A stretch of 52,547 bases of DNA, the filler included, from Bipalium vagum (lineage: Eukaryota): NCBI GenBank assembly GCA_037834085.1. It is 3 parts of 3 records of this genome, joined end to end, with 100 filler letters (N's around TTAATTAATTAA, not from the genome) between each part and the next. Parts side by side here need not be neighbours in the genome. Positions count along the whole stretch, not along the records: positions 1 to 16,515 come from JBBMKC010107214.1; positions 16,616 to 35,086 come from JBBMKC010028372.1; 1 more part is not named here. One strand, 5' to 3'. Made by a program: the position numbers and the translations under genes. Of the stretch, positions 11,661-25,179 are shown piece by piece (positions within the stretch are counted from its first letter, which is position 1; every line of letters starts with the position of its first letter). Below the pieces are notes generated by a model. The model did no database searches, was not told where the DNA came from, and saw only the letters and a list, made by a program, of their open reading frames with translations.

Positions 11661-12899
11661 GAAACAGCGAGCATTAAGTTATATTTTGAGTATAATATTA
11701 AAAATATCTAGTAAACTAACAGCTTTTCCCTTGCAGATCAATTCCCTTTTAAATAAAGTTATAACTTCACAATAATTCCTTAACTACAGTCACGATTAAT
11801 TGAGAACTACTGATTCCCATAGGATAATATTAGTTTTGTCACTTGAAAATTATTTCATTTCTTAAGAATTCCAGAGATTTATAAATTATATTAGAAAAAT
11901 CTAATTTTTGTCTTAGAATTTTGAGTATTAGTATTATCCATTGAAAATTGACACTTGTTTAGTCACAAAAATCAAGAGTACTAAAAGAAATGCTGAAAAT
12001 GGTAATAAAAAGATATTTTTGTGATTAAAACCATTTTTCCTGGGAAATTTTAATGATTTTTTGAATTATAAAATATATTTATGGAAATTATATTTAAAAT
12101 AATTGATAGACAAAGGGTGCAACATTGATCCAGAAATCTGATCAAAGATAGACTATAAGTATCAATACGATTCAGAACTATTACTACTTATAATCAGCGA
12201 TAATTTTTTAATTTCCGATACCTAAAAATCATTATAAAAACTTAAATAAGAATGTAAATCAAATTTTAACTTTTATAGGGAATCTGACTATAACCTATGT
12301 GTAAAAATTTAATGAAAAACTGACATCTGTCAAGAAAACCGATAACAGATCAATCCATTGAATGTTCTAATGAAATTCGTACTGTTCTTTAAATTCCCTC
12401 TAAGGTAAAGGTCATTTAATCAGCTTTTATTACCAAATGAAAAAATATATTATTTATTATCTTTTAGTGAACGGAGTTCCGTACTTGAGAAAGAAAAAAA
12501 TCAATAAAATCATGACAAAATCAGAAATAACATTAGCAAAAAAATCAATAAACATTTATAAATGTTTATACAAATAAAGCTAGTGACTTATTCATTGTAT
12601 TGCAGTATAATTTATTATTTGAAAAAATAAAATAATAAAATTAATTGTTAAAGACAGTAAAAAGTTCACATAATTCTATTTTGGAAAATATAAAAAATTT
12701 AAAACATTGACACGGTCTTTCACTTTAGCGAACAAGATTGAAGAATGAAATAAAAATAAATAATAAAATCAAAATTTAATATTTCTTAAATTAATTATTT
12801 TAAGCGGAATTTTACATCATAGAACACACATTCGCAAACCCCTATTGATAGGCTTTGGGATATTTTCATCTCGAAACTTTTCTTTTATTTTTAAAAAAT

Positions 12900-13150
12900 A
12901 ATAAGTTTTTTATTTTTTCGATAGTCATGGAAAATAACTTGAAAAATAACTTAAATTTTGGCGGAAAATTAGATAAAAAATCTATACATTTTACTGAACT
13001 TTTCTCGGTTGAGAGAGTTTGCAGATAACTAAATAAATGATAATCCGCTGATGCCAGAATCTGGTCTAATGATGGATGCATCATTTCTTCTTGGCCAAAT
13101 TCGTTTAGTTTTTGCCGGGATTTCAAAGATATGTGTAGCTGGGATACAAT
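12900..13150 (-). mobile_element. mariner transposase C-terminal fragment
   Basis: KSRQKLNEFGQEEMMHPSLDQILASADYHLFSYLQ is a decayed HPPYSPDLAPSDYHLF motif. Confidence 0.75.
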
Positions 13151-13239
13151 GTTCTTCCTTATTCTTATGATTGAATATCTCCAAAAAGTTGAAACAATCA
13201 ATGGAGGGTATTACGTAAAACTGTTGGATAAGTTGGATA

Positions 13240-13611
13240 GCATCATTTATGAAAAATTATTTTTAGTGCACGTCCATATATAGCATAAGTCAATGAATTA
13301 AAGTACGAACTTCTTTAACATCCCTCATATTCACCCGATTTGGTTCCCTCTGAGTTTCACCTATTTCAATAGCTGAAAATTTTCTCGGTGGAAAGCGCTT
13401 TTTCAGAACAGAAGAGATTTATGAAGCGGTAAATCATTATTTTGAAAGTCCTGATGAAAAAAACAACTTTCGAGAGGGTATAATGGACTTAGAGCATCGT
13501 ATGAAGAAATGCATTAATCTTAAGGGAGATTATCTTGAAAAATAATGTGATTTTTGTTAAAATAAAATTTGTTTTTACTTTTCATTTAGCGAACTTTTCA
13601 AACCACCCTCG
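13240..13611 (+). mobile_element. 3' end of a second mariner with its TIR
   Basis: HPSYSPDLVPSEFHLF at ~13319-13366 and GDYLEK* at the C-terminus; ends gaacttttcaaaccaccctcg-TA. Confidence 0.8.
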
Positions 13612-14453
13612 TAGTTCGTACATTATTGACATCATTAACTCATTTAGAATAAAAATTTTTAAAAAAATCTTTGATTTTTATATTTTAACATAAAACATTA
13701 ACATTTAAGTAAATATAAAATTAAATTTTTGAAAAAATAAGAAATTTTTTTCCCAACCAAGTATTAATATTGATTAGTGTTATTAATATTATTATTAACA
13801 ATAATAATATTATTATTATATCACGGATTTTATTACATTTAGTTTTATTTAATGTTTTGATTTTAACTTCAAAAAGTGTTATTGTTCCATGTTTAATAAT
13901 CTTGAAAAATAATTATTATCGCAATTTTCATTATGTAAAGTCTAAAATTCATAGAATTATATTTTGATTTTTAGAAGTGTTATTTATCGTCATCTCCAAT
14001 ATTCGATAATTAGATTTTCATTTATTATTATAAAATTCACAATTCTCACTGAAAACTGTAACGAATGATAGTCTGTGCATTTTTTCAATTATTTTTGGTA
14101 AAACCAAACTAGTTCCATTTAATTTAACTTAATTTACTTAAACGTTTAAAGTAATAAATTAATTATTTAAATTATTTATTACTTTTTATTATTCTTTTAG
14201 AAAAAATTCTATTTTCAAGCATTTTATGTTTTTTGTTAAAATTTTCTCAGAGCGAATCAGTTTGTCCAAGTAAGTGTTTGATTTTATTATATTTTTAAAC
14301 AAATAATGAGAATATTATGTATATATTATATTAAAAATAACAAATTGAAATAAATATATAATATATATAAAACATATTCTTCTTTTCTTGCCATTTTATA
14401 TAAACCATCAAAATTCTTTTAAGTTTTTAATTTTTAAATTATATTTCATAATA

Positions 14454-16066
14454 TTAGGTATGGTAATTAGTTCTTATAGATTAATTATTATCATAAATAT
14501 CATGTGTTATTGAAAATAAAACTAAAAGTGGTATTGTAATAGATCTATAAGATATCAATAGTTAGTACAGTGCAACTTCTATTTTGAACCACAAAATTTC
14601 AAAAATAGAAGTTGGTCCAATATTAGAAGTTAAGATATAAAAAGGCTATAAAACATGTTTTATATGAACTTATATGGATGTAATAATAGAAATTTAAAAA
14701 ACAACAATAAATCCAATAAATAATAATATATTTCAACGTTTTTGAATTAAATAATCCGTAATTTTAGCTTTTAATTCATGCTCTTCGTATATCAATTATG
14801 AAAATGTTATATAACAAAATATTATTAAAACAAATTATTGAAATTTTTGGACCAAGAATTTTATTCTTTATATGAAAATATCGGGAAATATAATAAGTAC
14901 AAATTATTTGTCCAAATATGGAGTTTGGTCCGATTTAAGAAAGTGGTCCATTTCAGAAATTGGTCCAAAATAGAAGTTGCACTGTATTTGTTTTAACTGA
15001 TTAAATAGCTTATTTATTTTAGCGAAAATTCAAAATCATAGACCAAGAAAACAACTTTTGAGGGAATCATTATTATTTTGCTACGATGTAAAGAAATCAG
15101 CAGCCGAAGCCCATAGATTAATGCAAAAAGCTTACGGTGAATATATACTCATCTGAACCAACATGCCGAGAATGGTATCGACGATTTAAGGCAGGTGACT
15201 TTAACGTCGAAGACAAAGAACGTTCAGGACAATCAAAGAAGTTCGAAGATGATGATTTACGAGGAATTATCAAAGAACATCAATGCCGAACGCTTGAAGA
15301 AACCACACAGACATTGAATGTTGACAAGTCAACTGCTGATAAACGGATGTACGCATTGAGAATGATCCAAAAGTATAGAAAATGGATACCACATGATTTG
15401 ACCAAAATACAGCAAGAAAATCGGAAAACTGTTTCTGAAATGGTTATGACAAGGCACTCATTTTTACCTCGAATTATAACTGATGATAAAAAATGGTTGT
15501 GGTACAGAAAATCATGGACATCATCGGAGAACCATCAAAATCGACTGTAGAAAGATGGACAAGCAAAAGTAAAGAGATGCTATGTATCTGGTGGGACCAA
15601 TGTGGAGTATTGTAACAGCAGAAATTACTCGATTTAAGTCGAAAAATAAGTACCAAGAGACCACAATATGGCCTAAGACATGATTGGATCATTTTGTATA
15701 ACGCCAGACTACATTTTGCAAAACCAGTTAAAGAAACATTGGAATGACTTGATTAGGAGGTTCTACTTCACCTAATGTACTCACCAGACATAGCAACATC
15801 TGACTTCCAATTGTTTCGATCCATGTAGTATTCTCTTGCTGGACAGGCCTTCAATTCCAATGAATATGTCAAAAATTGGGTGGATTAATGGATTGCTTCA
15901 AAAAATCAAGATTTCTTTTACCGCGGAATCCATTCTTTACCAAAAAGATTGTCAAAAGTTGTACCTGTCAACGGAAAATATTTTAACTGAAATAAATGTT
16001 TTGTTACTTTTAAATAAATGACTTTATTTTCATAAGAAAACGATGGCAGTTAATTTCCATACCTAA
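14454..16066 (+). mobile_element. Decayed mariner (Mos1-like) with TIRs, interrupted by a MITE
   Basis: TIRs ttaggtatggtaatta / taatttccatacctaa with TA flanks. Transposase pieces: WYRRFKAGDFNVEDKERSG, WIPHDL, IITDDKKW, MLCIWWDQ, YSPDIATSDFQLF. Confidence 0.9.
14568..14984. mobile_element. 417-bp MITE with pogo/Tigger-type ends
   Basis: 24-bp TIRs cagtgcaacttctattttgaacca / tggtccaaaatagaagttgcactg (23/24 match), TA on both sides, subterminal tggtcc repeats and no ORF. Confidence 0.9.
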
Positions 16067-16515
16067 TATGTCAAAGTCCTGGAGCTTGCAATTATTCTAA
16101 ATAAGTCTGAAAAGGTTTGTAAGAAAAACATCTGATAATTTTAATTGGAGGAAGTAATATAAATTTGATAAAGAATTCATAAAAATTAACACTTCAATTT
16201 GTTTTAATTGTTTTAAATAATTAAATAATTAAACAAAATTTTCAATTATAGGATGAAATATTTTCCAGGCAGTATTTAATGACATTTAAAATTAGCAAAA
16301 TAATATATTATCGATAAATTATGTCTATTGGTTAATAATTTTATATTTATTATAATATTATTATTGCGAATATTACTATACATTATAAACCTTTTTACTT
16401 GAAGGGTTATTTTATATTTTTGTATAATATTATATATAATATACCAGGTTGAGTCAAAAGTCATTAGCGTTTTTATTCAATATATTCAATTACAAGAATA
16501 ACAAAAAAAAATCAC

Positions 16516-16615
16516 NNNNNNNNNNNNNNNNNNNNNNNNNNNNNNNNNNNNNNNNNNNNTTAATTAATTAANNNNNNNNNNNNNNNNNNNNNNNNNNNNN
16601 NNNNNNNNNNNNNNN
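16516..16615. other. Assembly gap with artificial TTAATTAATTAA linker
   Basis: 100-bp N run with a central 12-mer that gives stops in all six frames; identical construct at 35087-35186. Confidence 0.92.
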
Positions 16616-17179
16616 ACAAAGAAAAAGTTGTTTTCATTTACGTAATAGGAAAAGAACCAGTAAATCGGTTAATCCGAAAAATCGGATATTACCAATTTTT
16701 TATGGCAATAGGCGATTCGTAATATCCGGACTAAACTGTAGTTATTTTCGCAACATGAGGTGGTTTATAGAAAAAGCCTTGATGAGAGAAGAATTTATTT
16801 AGTGTACATTTCCACACGTGTATTTGTTATGAAATATTATTTTTCTATATATACTATATATATTGAATATTTTTCTATATATTTCTGCAAAACCCTGTAT
16901 TACAAACTACATAAAATTTTATATTTTATTTATTTATATCTTTATTTATTAAATTTTAGCATATGATTACAATAAAAAATTTATGATTTTTTTAGAAATA
17001 GAATATTTTATATTCCATGGGAAGAGTAACATTATTAATTTAATTTTTAATTTGAATTTTATTTATTAAGTAAATTACCAATCGTCATAAGGTTAAATAA
17101 ATTCATCATCAGATTGAAACTCGAGTTAATAAACCAAAATATTTAGTCCAGTGATTTATAATTTTGAGTATATTATATA

Positions 17180-17610
17180 CAGGGTGACCAGGAAAAACCC
17201 GGATAACTTTTGTTGTGTCCTTGAAAGAAACTTTTCTGTTTTATTAATATAATTTTTCGTTTTTTGAAATCTAGGCACGTTCTAGTATTATGATTGTTTT
17301 GTTTAAATATTGATCATTTTTAGTGTAATTTCCAAAAAGTTCAGATCTTAACGGATGAAAACAGACGAGTAAGACTCCAAAGATGTCGAGTACTGAAACC
17401 GCGGACCACAGGTCAGCGCTGTGAGCGAATTCTTTTCTCAGATGAGAAGTTATTTACAATCGAACAATCCCATAATCACCAAAACTATAGGATATGGTCA
17501 CCAAAGGCTAATGCGAACTCCAAAACTATAGAACACCGCCAAAATCAAGAATCTGTCATGGTCTAGGGTGCTATCTGTGCAAGTGGCAAAACTCCTCTAA
17601 TTTTCGTGGA
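17180..17610 (+). mobile_element. Tc1-like (maT/DD37D-like) transposon fragment
   Basis: TA-CAGGGTG start; ILFSDEKLFTIEQSHNHQNYRIW and VMV*GAICASGKTPLIFVD. Confidence 0.75.
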
Positions 17611-17619
17611 TTGATCAGA

Positions 17620-18500
17620 ACATCAGTTTGATTACAAATTTGGTTGATAAAGACAATACTATGACTTTGTCAAATTTGGTCCGCTTAACAAATACCAATA
17701 GAAAAGCAATTTAAAGAATTCTCCATGACCATTTGGATTAGAAGTCAGTAACAGGCAAATGGGTACCACGTGTTCTAACAAATGAACACACAAAATCGCG
17801 CTAGTCTTTCTAACATAATTGTCCAGGTGCCCTCAAAGCGAAATGCGAATAAGAACGTATATGTAATTGAAGAAAAATGGATTTACTTGAAGCTTTCTCC
17901 TCATGTCAATAATAAAAGGAAGTGGGTATCTTTGAATGGATTGGGTGACTCTTCACAGGTCATAGTGCCACGGAGAACAGTATGACCAAAACGTTTCATT
18001 TGATTATGGTGTGCAACTTTGATAGCGCACTTTACTCTGAATTACTAGAAGGTGACCAAAGTATCGATGGTAAGAGATACATTGAATTTGTCAAAAATGA
18101 AATAGGTGATAGACAAAAATATGGTGGATACAGGATAATGTTTCTCCCCAAAGATCCTTCCAAACGTCTAAATTCTTCCACAATGCCGATATTAGATTAT
18201 TAAAGAAACCTGTTTACTCACCTGATCTCAATCTGCTAGATCACTACATGTTCAGAAATTTCGAAGTTTATCCAGAAAATATTGAATTTGAAAACTTCCA
18301 GAAGGTTAAAGAGAATATCAACCAATTTGTCAAAACTCTGATCCCCAAAATAATGCAAGACCAATGCAAAAAGCTGGTAATACATATCGAACATATTATC
18401 CAATGCAATGGTAATTATGTTTAAGTTTAATTACATTTTTATCATTTTGATTTATTTATCTTCATTTTTTTTAAAACGGCAATTTTTTCCGCTCCCTAAA
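17620..18500 (+). mobile_element. Decayed mariner-like transposase
   Basis: KWVPRVLT at ~17757, IEEKWIY, YSELLEGDQSIDGKRY and a YSPDL-like motif at ~18215-18230. Confidence 0.75.
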
Positions 18501-18759
18501 GAATATTATTAAAATTTAACGAAAGTAGTCGCTATTAAGGCCGCTTTGCTCCCATAAAACGCTCCGGTTTTTGAAAAAAATTGTATAAAATAAAAAATAT
18601 TACATTCATAATTATTAAATTGACCTTGAAAAAAGACCTGCAGTGATATCGAAGTTCAAGCATTAATATCGAACCAACCCACGAAATTTTAAGGTTAATT
18701 AAAATTATTTAATAAGATACTAATTTTACTGAAATATTACAATGGTAGCTGGGAGCTAT

Positions 18760-19146
18760 TCAGAACTTCTTATATGAATTGAAATTGAAGCATAATGCAG
18801 GAGAAGTTGCCCAAAACATTATCTTCACATTTAGAGAGGGTTCAACTAATGAATGAGAAATTCTGCATTGGTTGGACAAATTTCAAAAGGGTGTCTTTAC
18901 TCAACTCAATATGGCCAGGGGGCGCCCGAGGTCCTACTTTATAGCGACGATTTTCGAAGTTGTATTAAATACCGAAAAAAAAGTTTGAGATTTTTATGCA
19001 AATGGGATTCTGAAATTAGTCTCTAGATGGAAAAATGTGTAGAATCCAATGATGAATATTTTAATTAAATAAAATATTTTTTTATTGAATTTTTAAAATG
19101 TTTTTTATTTATTATAAAATCGGACGTTCCATATGTGACAACCTAA
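18760..19146 (+). mobile_element. Internally deleted mariner relic
   Basis: N-terminal mariner-like HTH remnant joined to a C-terminal remnant; mariner-type TIR end ...atatgtgacaacctaa-TA. Confidence 0.55.
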
Positions 19147-19778
19147 TAATTGTCAGCTCAATAATTTGAATATAGTTCAATATATTTTATCTTCCACAGT
19201 ATTACAATAAACTAAATTGATATTTATTTTTTGTTGAAAATTTCCTGGTTAAAATTAAATAACTCAATAATTGGTTATTTAATATTATATAAGGTTAAAA
19301 CTGAATAGGTTTATCATAATTGCATCCAATTTAAGGGAATAATCAGAGTATTAATTTTATTAAGTTATTCAGTAAAGTTGGAAAGCCTGCATTGTTGTAC
19401 CTAAGAAAAATTTCTTATGTATTCAAGTAATGTATTGTTTAATTGAACAAGAAAGATTTGATATAAAGATATGATTAAAAATCTCAGAAAAAAATCTATA
19501 ACTGAAATACGGAAACATTCATATAAAGTTACATGACATCAATAAAATAAAAGAAATCTCATTTTATGTCAAAAGAAAATCAGAATAGATTAGAGAAATA
19601 CTAAAGGGGATGTCAATTTGGTATGTTAAGAAATATTCATCCTAATATAATTGATTAGAGTTATGTAAAAAATTAAAATAATTATATATTATACTAACAT
19701 TAAAATAAACAAAAATAAATAAAACAATATATTTCGTATTTTTTATTAACTTCAATAAATATATGAGATTTATAAATA

Positions 19779-20760
19779 ATGGGTTGATTCATAAGTCCGT
19801 GCGTTTTTAATGAAAATATTATGCATGTTTTAGAGATAAAAATCTAGAAATCAAACAAATTCTATTCAGAAAAATAAAGACCATTATGTTCAACTGTCTT
19901 AATCCAACGATGGGCAAGTTGTTCGATACCACTCCGGTAACATGTTTTATCTTTGGAAAGGAATAATTCACGAAATCCATTTTCAACCTGTTCTACATTC
20001 TAAAACTATCGTCCTCTAAGGAAATGAGCCATTAATCCGTAAAGGTGGTAATCGCTGGGTGCTAGATCTGGACTGAATGCAGGATGTTTTAAAATTTCAA
20101 TTCCTTTTAATTTGGTAATTTTATTTTGCGTTACTTACGCAGTATGCGGACAAGCATTATCCTGTTGCAGAAGCACCCGCTTTCTGTTGACTAAAGCAGG
20201 ATATTTTATGGCTAATTGTTGGTACATTCTACCGAGTTGAGCAGAATATAACTCAGCAGTAAAGGTTTGGCCATCTGGAAGTACTTCAAAGTGTATAATT
20301 CCCTCAAAGTTCCACCACATACACAACATGATCTTTCTCCCGAACCTATCTTGTTTTAGAACAACCTTGAGCTTCTGGCCTGGCTCCAACCATTGATTTC
20401 TCCTGTTCGGATTTTAAAAATATATCCATTTTTCGTCGTCGTATCCTTGAGTCCATGTCACCCATGTTGAATTTTTTGAACCACTTTTGGCAGTTCTTAT
20501 GGACACTGATTTGTCGCCTTCAACTTCACATATTTTCTTTGCAGCGTCTATGGCTCTGAAATTCTGCTTTCAGTAATGTTTCAGAAGTATACGGATTGCC
20601 AATTTATCCACAAACTACATACGTATGACGTAATATAATTAAAAGTAACTTACGCGTTTCTTTCTCAGCTTTTAAATGGTCTGCAACATTTTAATATTTA
20701 AATAAATAATATATTTAAAATTTGCTATTAAAAAAAGCACGAACTTATGACTCAACCCAA
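19779..20760 (-). mobile_element. Internally deleted mariner with TIRs
   Basis: TIRs tgggttgattcataagtccgtgc / gcacgaacttatgactcaaccca with TA flanks; MLCMWWNFEGIIHFEVL, LLQQDNACPH and FSPDLAPSDYHL. Confidence 0.9.
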
Positions 20761-21286
20761 TATTAAAAAATATTATTTAAAAAAGAGGTAAAATAGTTTT
20801 GCCACTGGCAACAAATATTAAACGGCAGATGATGCTTTCTTCCAAAAATGTAATAATAAAAATAATAAAATAAACAAAATCAATAAAGTACAAGTATGCA
20901 AAATGATGAATGATTGAAGAAGTTATATTCTTAATATTTTAATTTGTAACAGCAATCACTCTGGTATTTTTAAATTTCTCTTATATGCACATAATAGAAT
21001 TTGTCATTTAATATCAATTTATTTGGTTAAATTTGTGTTTCAGTTGTTTTTCATTTATTGATTAAAATCATTTTTAATAATGCTTAAAACATTCTACTAT
21101 TAAGCTCTTAACCTGCTCGATCTTTAATTAAGAGATTTGACAGATGTACCAGCAATATGATTATTAATCAACAAAATGTTACCATATTAACATTAAAAAA
21201 TGAATTATTAATAGTAAATTTATTTTAATCGATGAAATGTAGTTAGAAACAAAGCACTTAAAAATAATCATAATAAAAACAAAATT

Positions 21287-21375
21287 CTCACCCGGAGCGA
21301 TCAATGATTCCCTGGGTCCAATGTAAGGTCGACTATAGATTCCAAATATTCACTGAATCCACTGGAAATCCTGTT
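21287..21375 (-). repeat. Isolated copy of the conserved GC-rich stem motif
   Basis: Minus strand aacaggatttc-cagtggattc...gacccagg-gaatcattg-atcgctccgggtgag has the same layout as the copies at 1.9, 11.3 and 42 kb. Confidence 0.6.
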
Positions 21376-21959
21376 GGTTCATTATTTGGTTTAAAACAAT
21401 GTACATATCTGAATTGGCAATCAATGTTCAATAAAATCTGACATTTTCAAAAACAGTCTTTGTAATAAAATATCTTCTAATGGGCTTCGTAAATAAATTG
21501 GTAATTAAATAACTCTAATAATTAAATTAAAACAAAAATTAGGAAAAATTTGAAAATCTCATGGTAGGATAAAGAAATTTCTTTTATATTTGACTTTTTG
21601 TCGACTTATTGTAGAATTTCTTATAATAATACATATCATTATGGCTGAATAAAATGGTGCCGAAAAATATTATCAACTTATGCTAATATGCTCAATATTT
21701 TTAACACGATTAAATTACAAAAAACCAAGGGAACCGAAAATATAATAAGAATCAAAAACTAATTTTTTCTATTATAACTGTTTTTACTTTGGTCTTATAC
21801 TATACATCCATGTTTTAAATCGTTAATAACATCAAATGATTTTAGATAAGTTATTTATTAGTTTGGTTATTTTGGGTCTTAAATAGAATTAAATTGGAAT
21901 GAAAAACCTTCACAAATATTATTAGGGTTTTCAAATTGAAAGTTATCTTTTATTTGGTT

Positions 21960-22098
21960 CCATACACTGATGACACTACAGTTTAATAGAACAGGCAATT
22001 CCTCTAACGTTTGTCGAGGATCTGTTTCGATGATAGCCTTTAATTATCCATCACATTTTATCAATGCTCCGTGGCTTGTTCTCCAAACTGAGGATGTC
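21960..22098 (-). mobile_element. mariner HTH fragment abutting a Tigger-type TIR end
   Basis: Minus strand LKAIIETDPRQTLEEL; ...tagaagttctactg-TA at ~22098. Confidence 0.5.
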
Positions 22099-23439
22099 GT
22101 TACATAGAAGTTCTACTGTATTGATTTTTATTTATTGTAATAAATAACTCGATATCTCAAAATATTCCAATTATTTTTATATAGAAGTTATTAATTATTG
22201 TTTAACTTAATTCATTTATGTTTTATTAATATTCTCAAAATTTTCTAATAATAATTGATGATACTACAAAAATCATATCATTTTTGAAGTGATTTTGACA
22301 TTTTCAGTAATTTAAAATGAAAACTATTTCTAAAATTATTATTATAAATATAATTGTTGTATTAGTATAATAGATTATATTAACATTCTAAACTAAATAA
22401 CTCAACAAGCTAAAATATTATCTGAAGTCTGAAACTTTGACAATTAATAAATTCATTATATTATTATTTCGAGTCACAGACATATTAAGGAAATGCAAAT
22501 AATTATTTTTAACAAATTATATATTCTTTTTAGTATATTTTGTATTGGTTCTATTTTTAAAATCAGACAAAAGTTAAGAAAAATAAAAAAAAAACTTATT
22601 TAGTTTTGATCAAATTTTTTCAATGAATAAATATTAAATTTAATTATTGAACTATAAAATAAAAAGGAAGAAGAGCATGTGATGCTGAAACCGTTCACTG
22701 TTAAACTGTTTATAATTATAAAATTTATGTTAAAAGGTATTGGGGTAAATTGAAAGCAAAGAAGACATTAGTAAATAAAATAAATATAATAGTAATTATA
22801 TAAAAATTAATTCTGATCAAGTAGAATAATTGTCAGTTTGCTTTTAACTTTATAACTTAACCGAAAAAGATTGACAGAAATAAAAAAATAACCAAACGAT
22901 AAAACTTTCATCTGGACATGCATCGCTGAACCGAATTATTCCGAATGGGTTTCATCTTTGGTCTGAAAACTCTCAAACTGAGATTATCAATATTTTAAAA
23001 CATATTTACTTCTAATTTAAAATTATAACTTTTCTGATAAATAAAATTTATATTTCAAAGTTAAATCATGAAAGGTTTTAGGTTTTTTCTTTTTACTAAC
23101 CTTTACCGTAAAATAAGACATATTTTATGCAACATTTTTTGGTTTTTATTATACTTTTATTACTTTTTTGATATTATTTAATTATTTTATAAATATATTC
23201 TTATTTGAACTTTGAAGATTTATTTTATATATTATTAATAAAAGGATTTTTATTAATTTATTAACATTTAGGAATTTTCATTATCATTTTTTGCAATAAG
23301 TGTAAACTACAAATCAATTCGATTGTCATTTTTCATTAATTACTTTTTGAAATATTATTATATTATTTTACAAATATTTGAATCAAAATTTCTGTAATTC
23401 ACTGATGTCTATGTATAAGGAATATCAATATCATAATAA

Positions 23440-24100
23440 GAGTTTGGTAAGAAAAAAGTATTTGCAAAAGCAATAGGAAATTATCAAGCAGGAGAGTGAA
23501 AGTCATTAAGAAAACCAAGGTTAACGAAGAAACATAAATTAGCCTGAGTTCAGGTCTGAAAGCAATATTCACATTACACTGAAGACCAACGACAAGATCT
23601 TATTTTTTCTGGTGAAAAGAAATTTTTATTATTTGGAAATGATTCCGGGTTAAGGCTGTGGATGGAAAATAACGAAAGACTTAATGAGCATGGTGTGACA
23701 ACTATTGAAAAATTCGCTAAAGGTATTATGCTTTTTGCATATTTGGCACACATTAATAAAGGAACTGTAAATAGTGAGATTTTAAATACTAAACTATATA
23801 TTAATACTTCCTATCAAAATATGTAAATCATTCGTTTTATCAAAAAAATACATGTTTTTATAAGTCTAAAAAACCTATGGAGTGTTTTGTACATAATCAT
23901 GTGAATGCGGTTGAGTTTCATACAAAATCCCCAGAATTTACCCATATGGAGAGCCGTTGGTCTACAGTATATGAGAAAATGTCATAAATAATATATATTC
24001 ATAAAAAAGACTTATTATATCACTTTTCGGGGTTTGGAATCAAGAAATATCAAAGAAGGAACAAAATTGGTATTGTAAGACTTGATGATATGACACGGCA
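23440..24100 (+). mobile_element. Highly decayed Tc1-like transposase
   Basis: LIFSGEKKF (from FSDEKKF) at ~23600 and KSPEFTHMESRW (from SPDLNPIENxW) at ~23925. Confidence 0.55.
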
Positions 24101-24309
24101 TTGATATCTCTACATGTTTTTCATAAAATTTAATTATTTCATGCAATCTAATCAAATACAGGTTGGTGGATAATTAGCTCAAGTTTTAAAATGGATATTA
24201 TTTCATTTTTAGACATCAAACATGGTGTAATCTGTTGTAATACATAAATGGATATATTGAATTTATTTTCTAAGCATTAATCTTATTTGTTCCCATTTTA
24301 GACAGATTT

Positions 24310-24480
24310 TAATGGATACATCAACATTAATCGAAATGGTTCAATTATTTGGTATTTCTGGAGAAAGCGCAGGCGTTACTATGCAAGCCTACAAAACCAA
24401 ATATGGTCAGCTTAAAGATCCAATTTTATTAACGATAATCAAACGCTATAACACCAAGTTTGAGTAGACTAGATTCATTA
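24310..24480 (+). mobile_element. N-terminal HTH remnant of a Tc1-like transposase
   Basis: MDTSTLIEMVQLFG...TIIKRYNTKFE*TRFI resembles the N-terminus of the 28661-29242 ORF (TIKKIVEKFKKTGSV). Confidence 0.4.
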
Positions 24481-24582
24481 TTCATAACACAGGCATTCCA
24501 TTTATTGCAGCGATTTTGTCTACACCATTCTTCATTTTCTGATTATCATTTAAGAGATGACATGTTCTTCGGGGGACAAGTT

Positions 24583-24965
24583 TCATTCCTTCTGTCTTGA
24601 TAATTCTGAAAACACTCTTTGAAGGAATATTTGTCTCGTCGGACAGACAACCAATACTACTGGATTGCCGCTTGCGAATGGCTTCGACAATTCGTCGTTT
24701 TTCAGCACAATCTTCCGAATTCCTTCTTCCAGATCCACTCTTTCGCTCCAGTGTACTTCTTTCAAAAAATGTTTTTTCTTAAATCGCGGCCATAATCCTT
24801 ATTGACATGAAATGTCTCCCACAAATCCTCGACTGAATCATATTCGGGCTGGACCTTTCCCATTTTCATTAAGATTCTCTCATAATGGATAAGAAATAAT
24901 ATTTTTTGATCATTTGATAGAGCCATCAATTCTAAAATCAACTTATACAGATAAACAAATAACAA
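24583..24965 (-). pseudogene. Frameshifted ORF pair of unknown function, divergent from the LTR-like module at 25.2 kb
   Basis: ORFs 24762-24965 and 24583-24765 overlap in a -1 relation; protein-like composition but no recognised family. Confidence 0.35.
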
Positions 24966-25179
24966 TGATTACTTATTTTATGAAATAAATAATCGGGTTT
25001 TTTATGGAATGGAAAGTAATAATTTTAACTAATTAATAGTACAAGGTTAATTAAAATATTGATAAAAGAAAAAAAAGTTGTTTATTTTTCAAAGGGTCTA
25101 ATCTTGACAGCGGCGAAACCAAAGAGGGATCGATTTAGGATTAATGATTTATAAAAGGATTTGAGATTCTCCATTAATA

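Noticed and set aside
16560-16571. Palindromic TTAATTAATTAA repeated at 35131-35142
   Set aside because: Centred in identical 100-bp N gaps; an artificial scaffolding linker.
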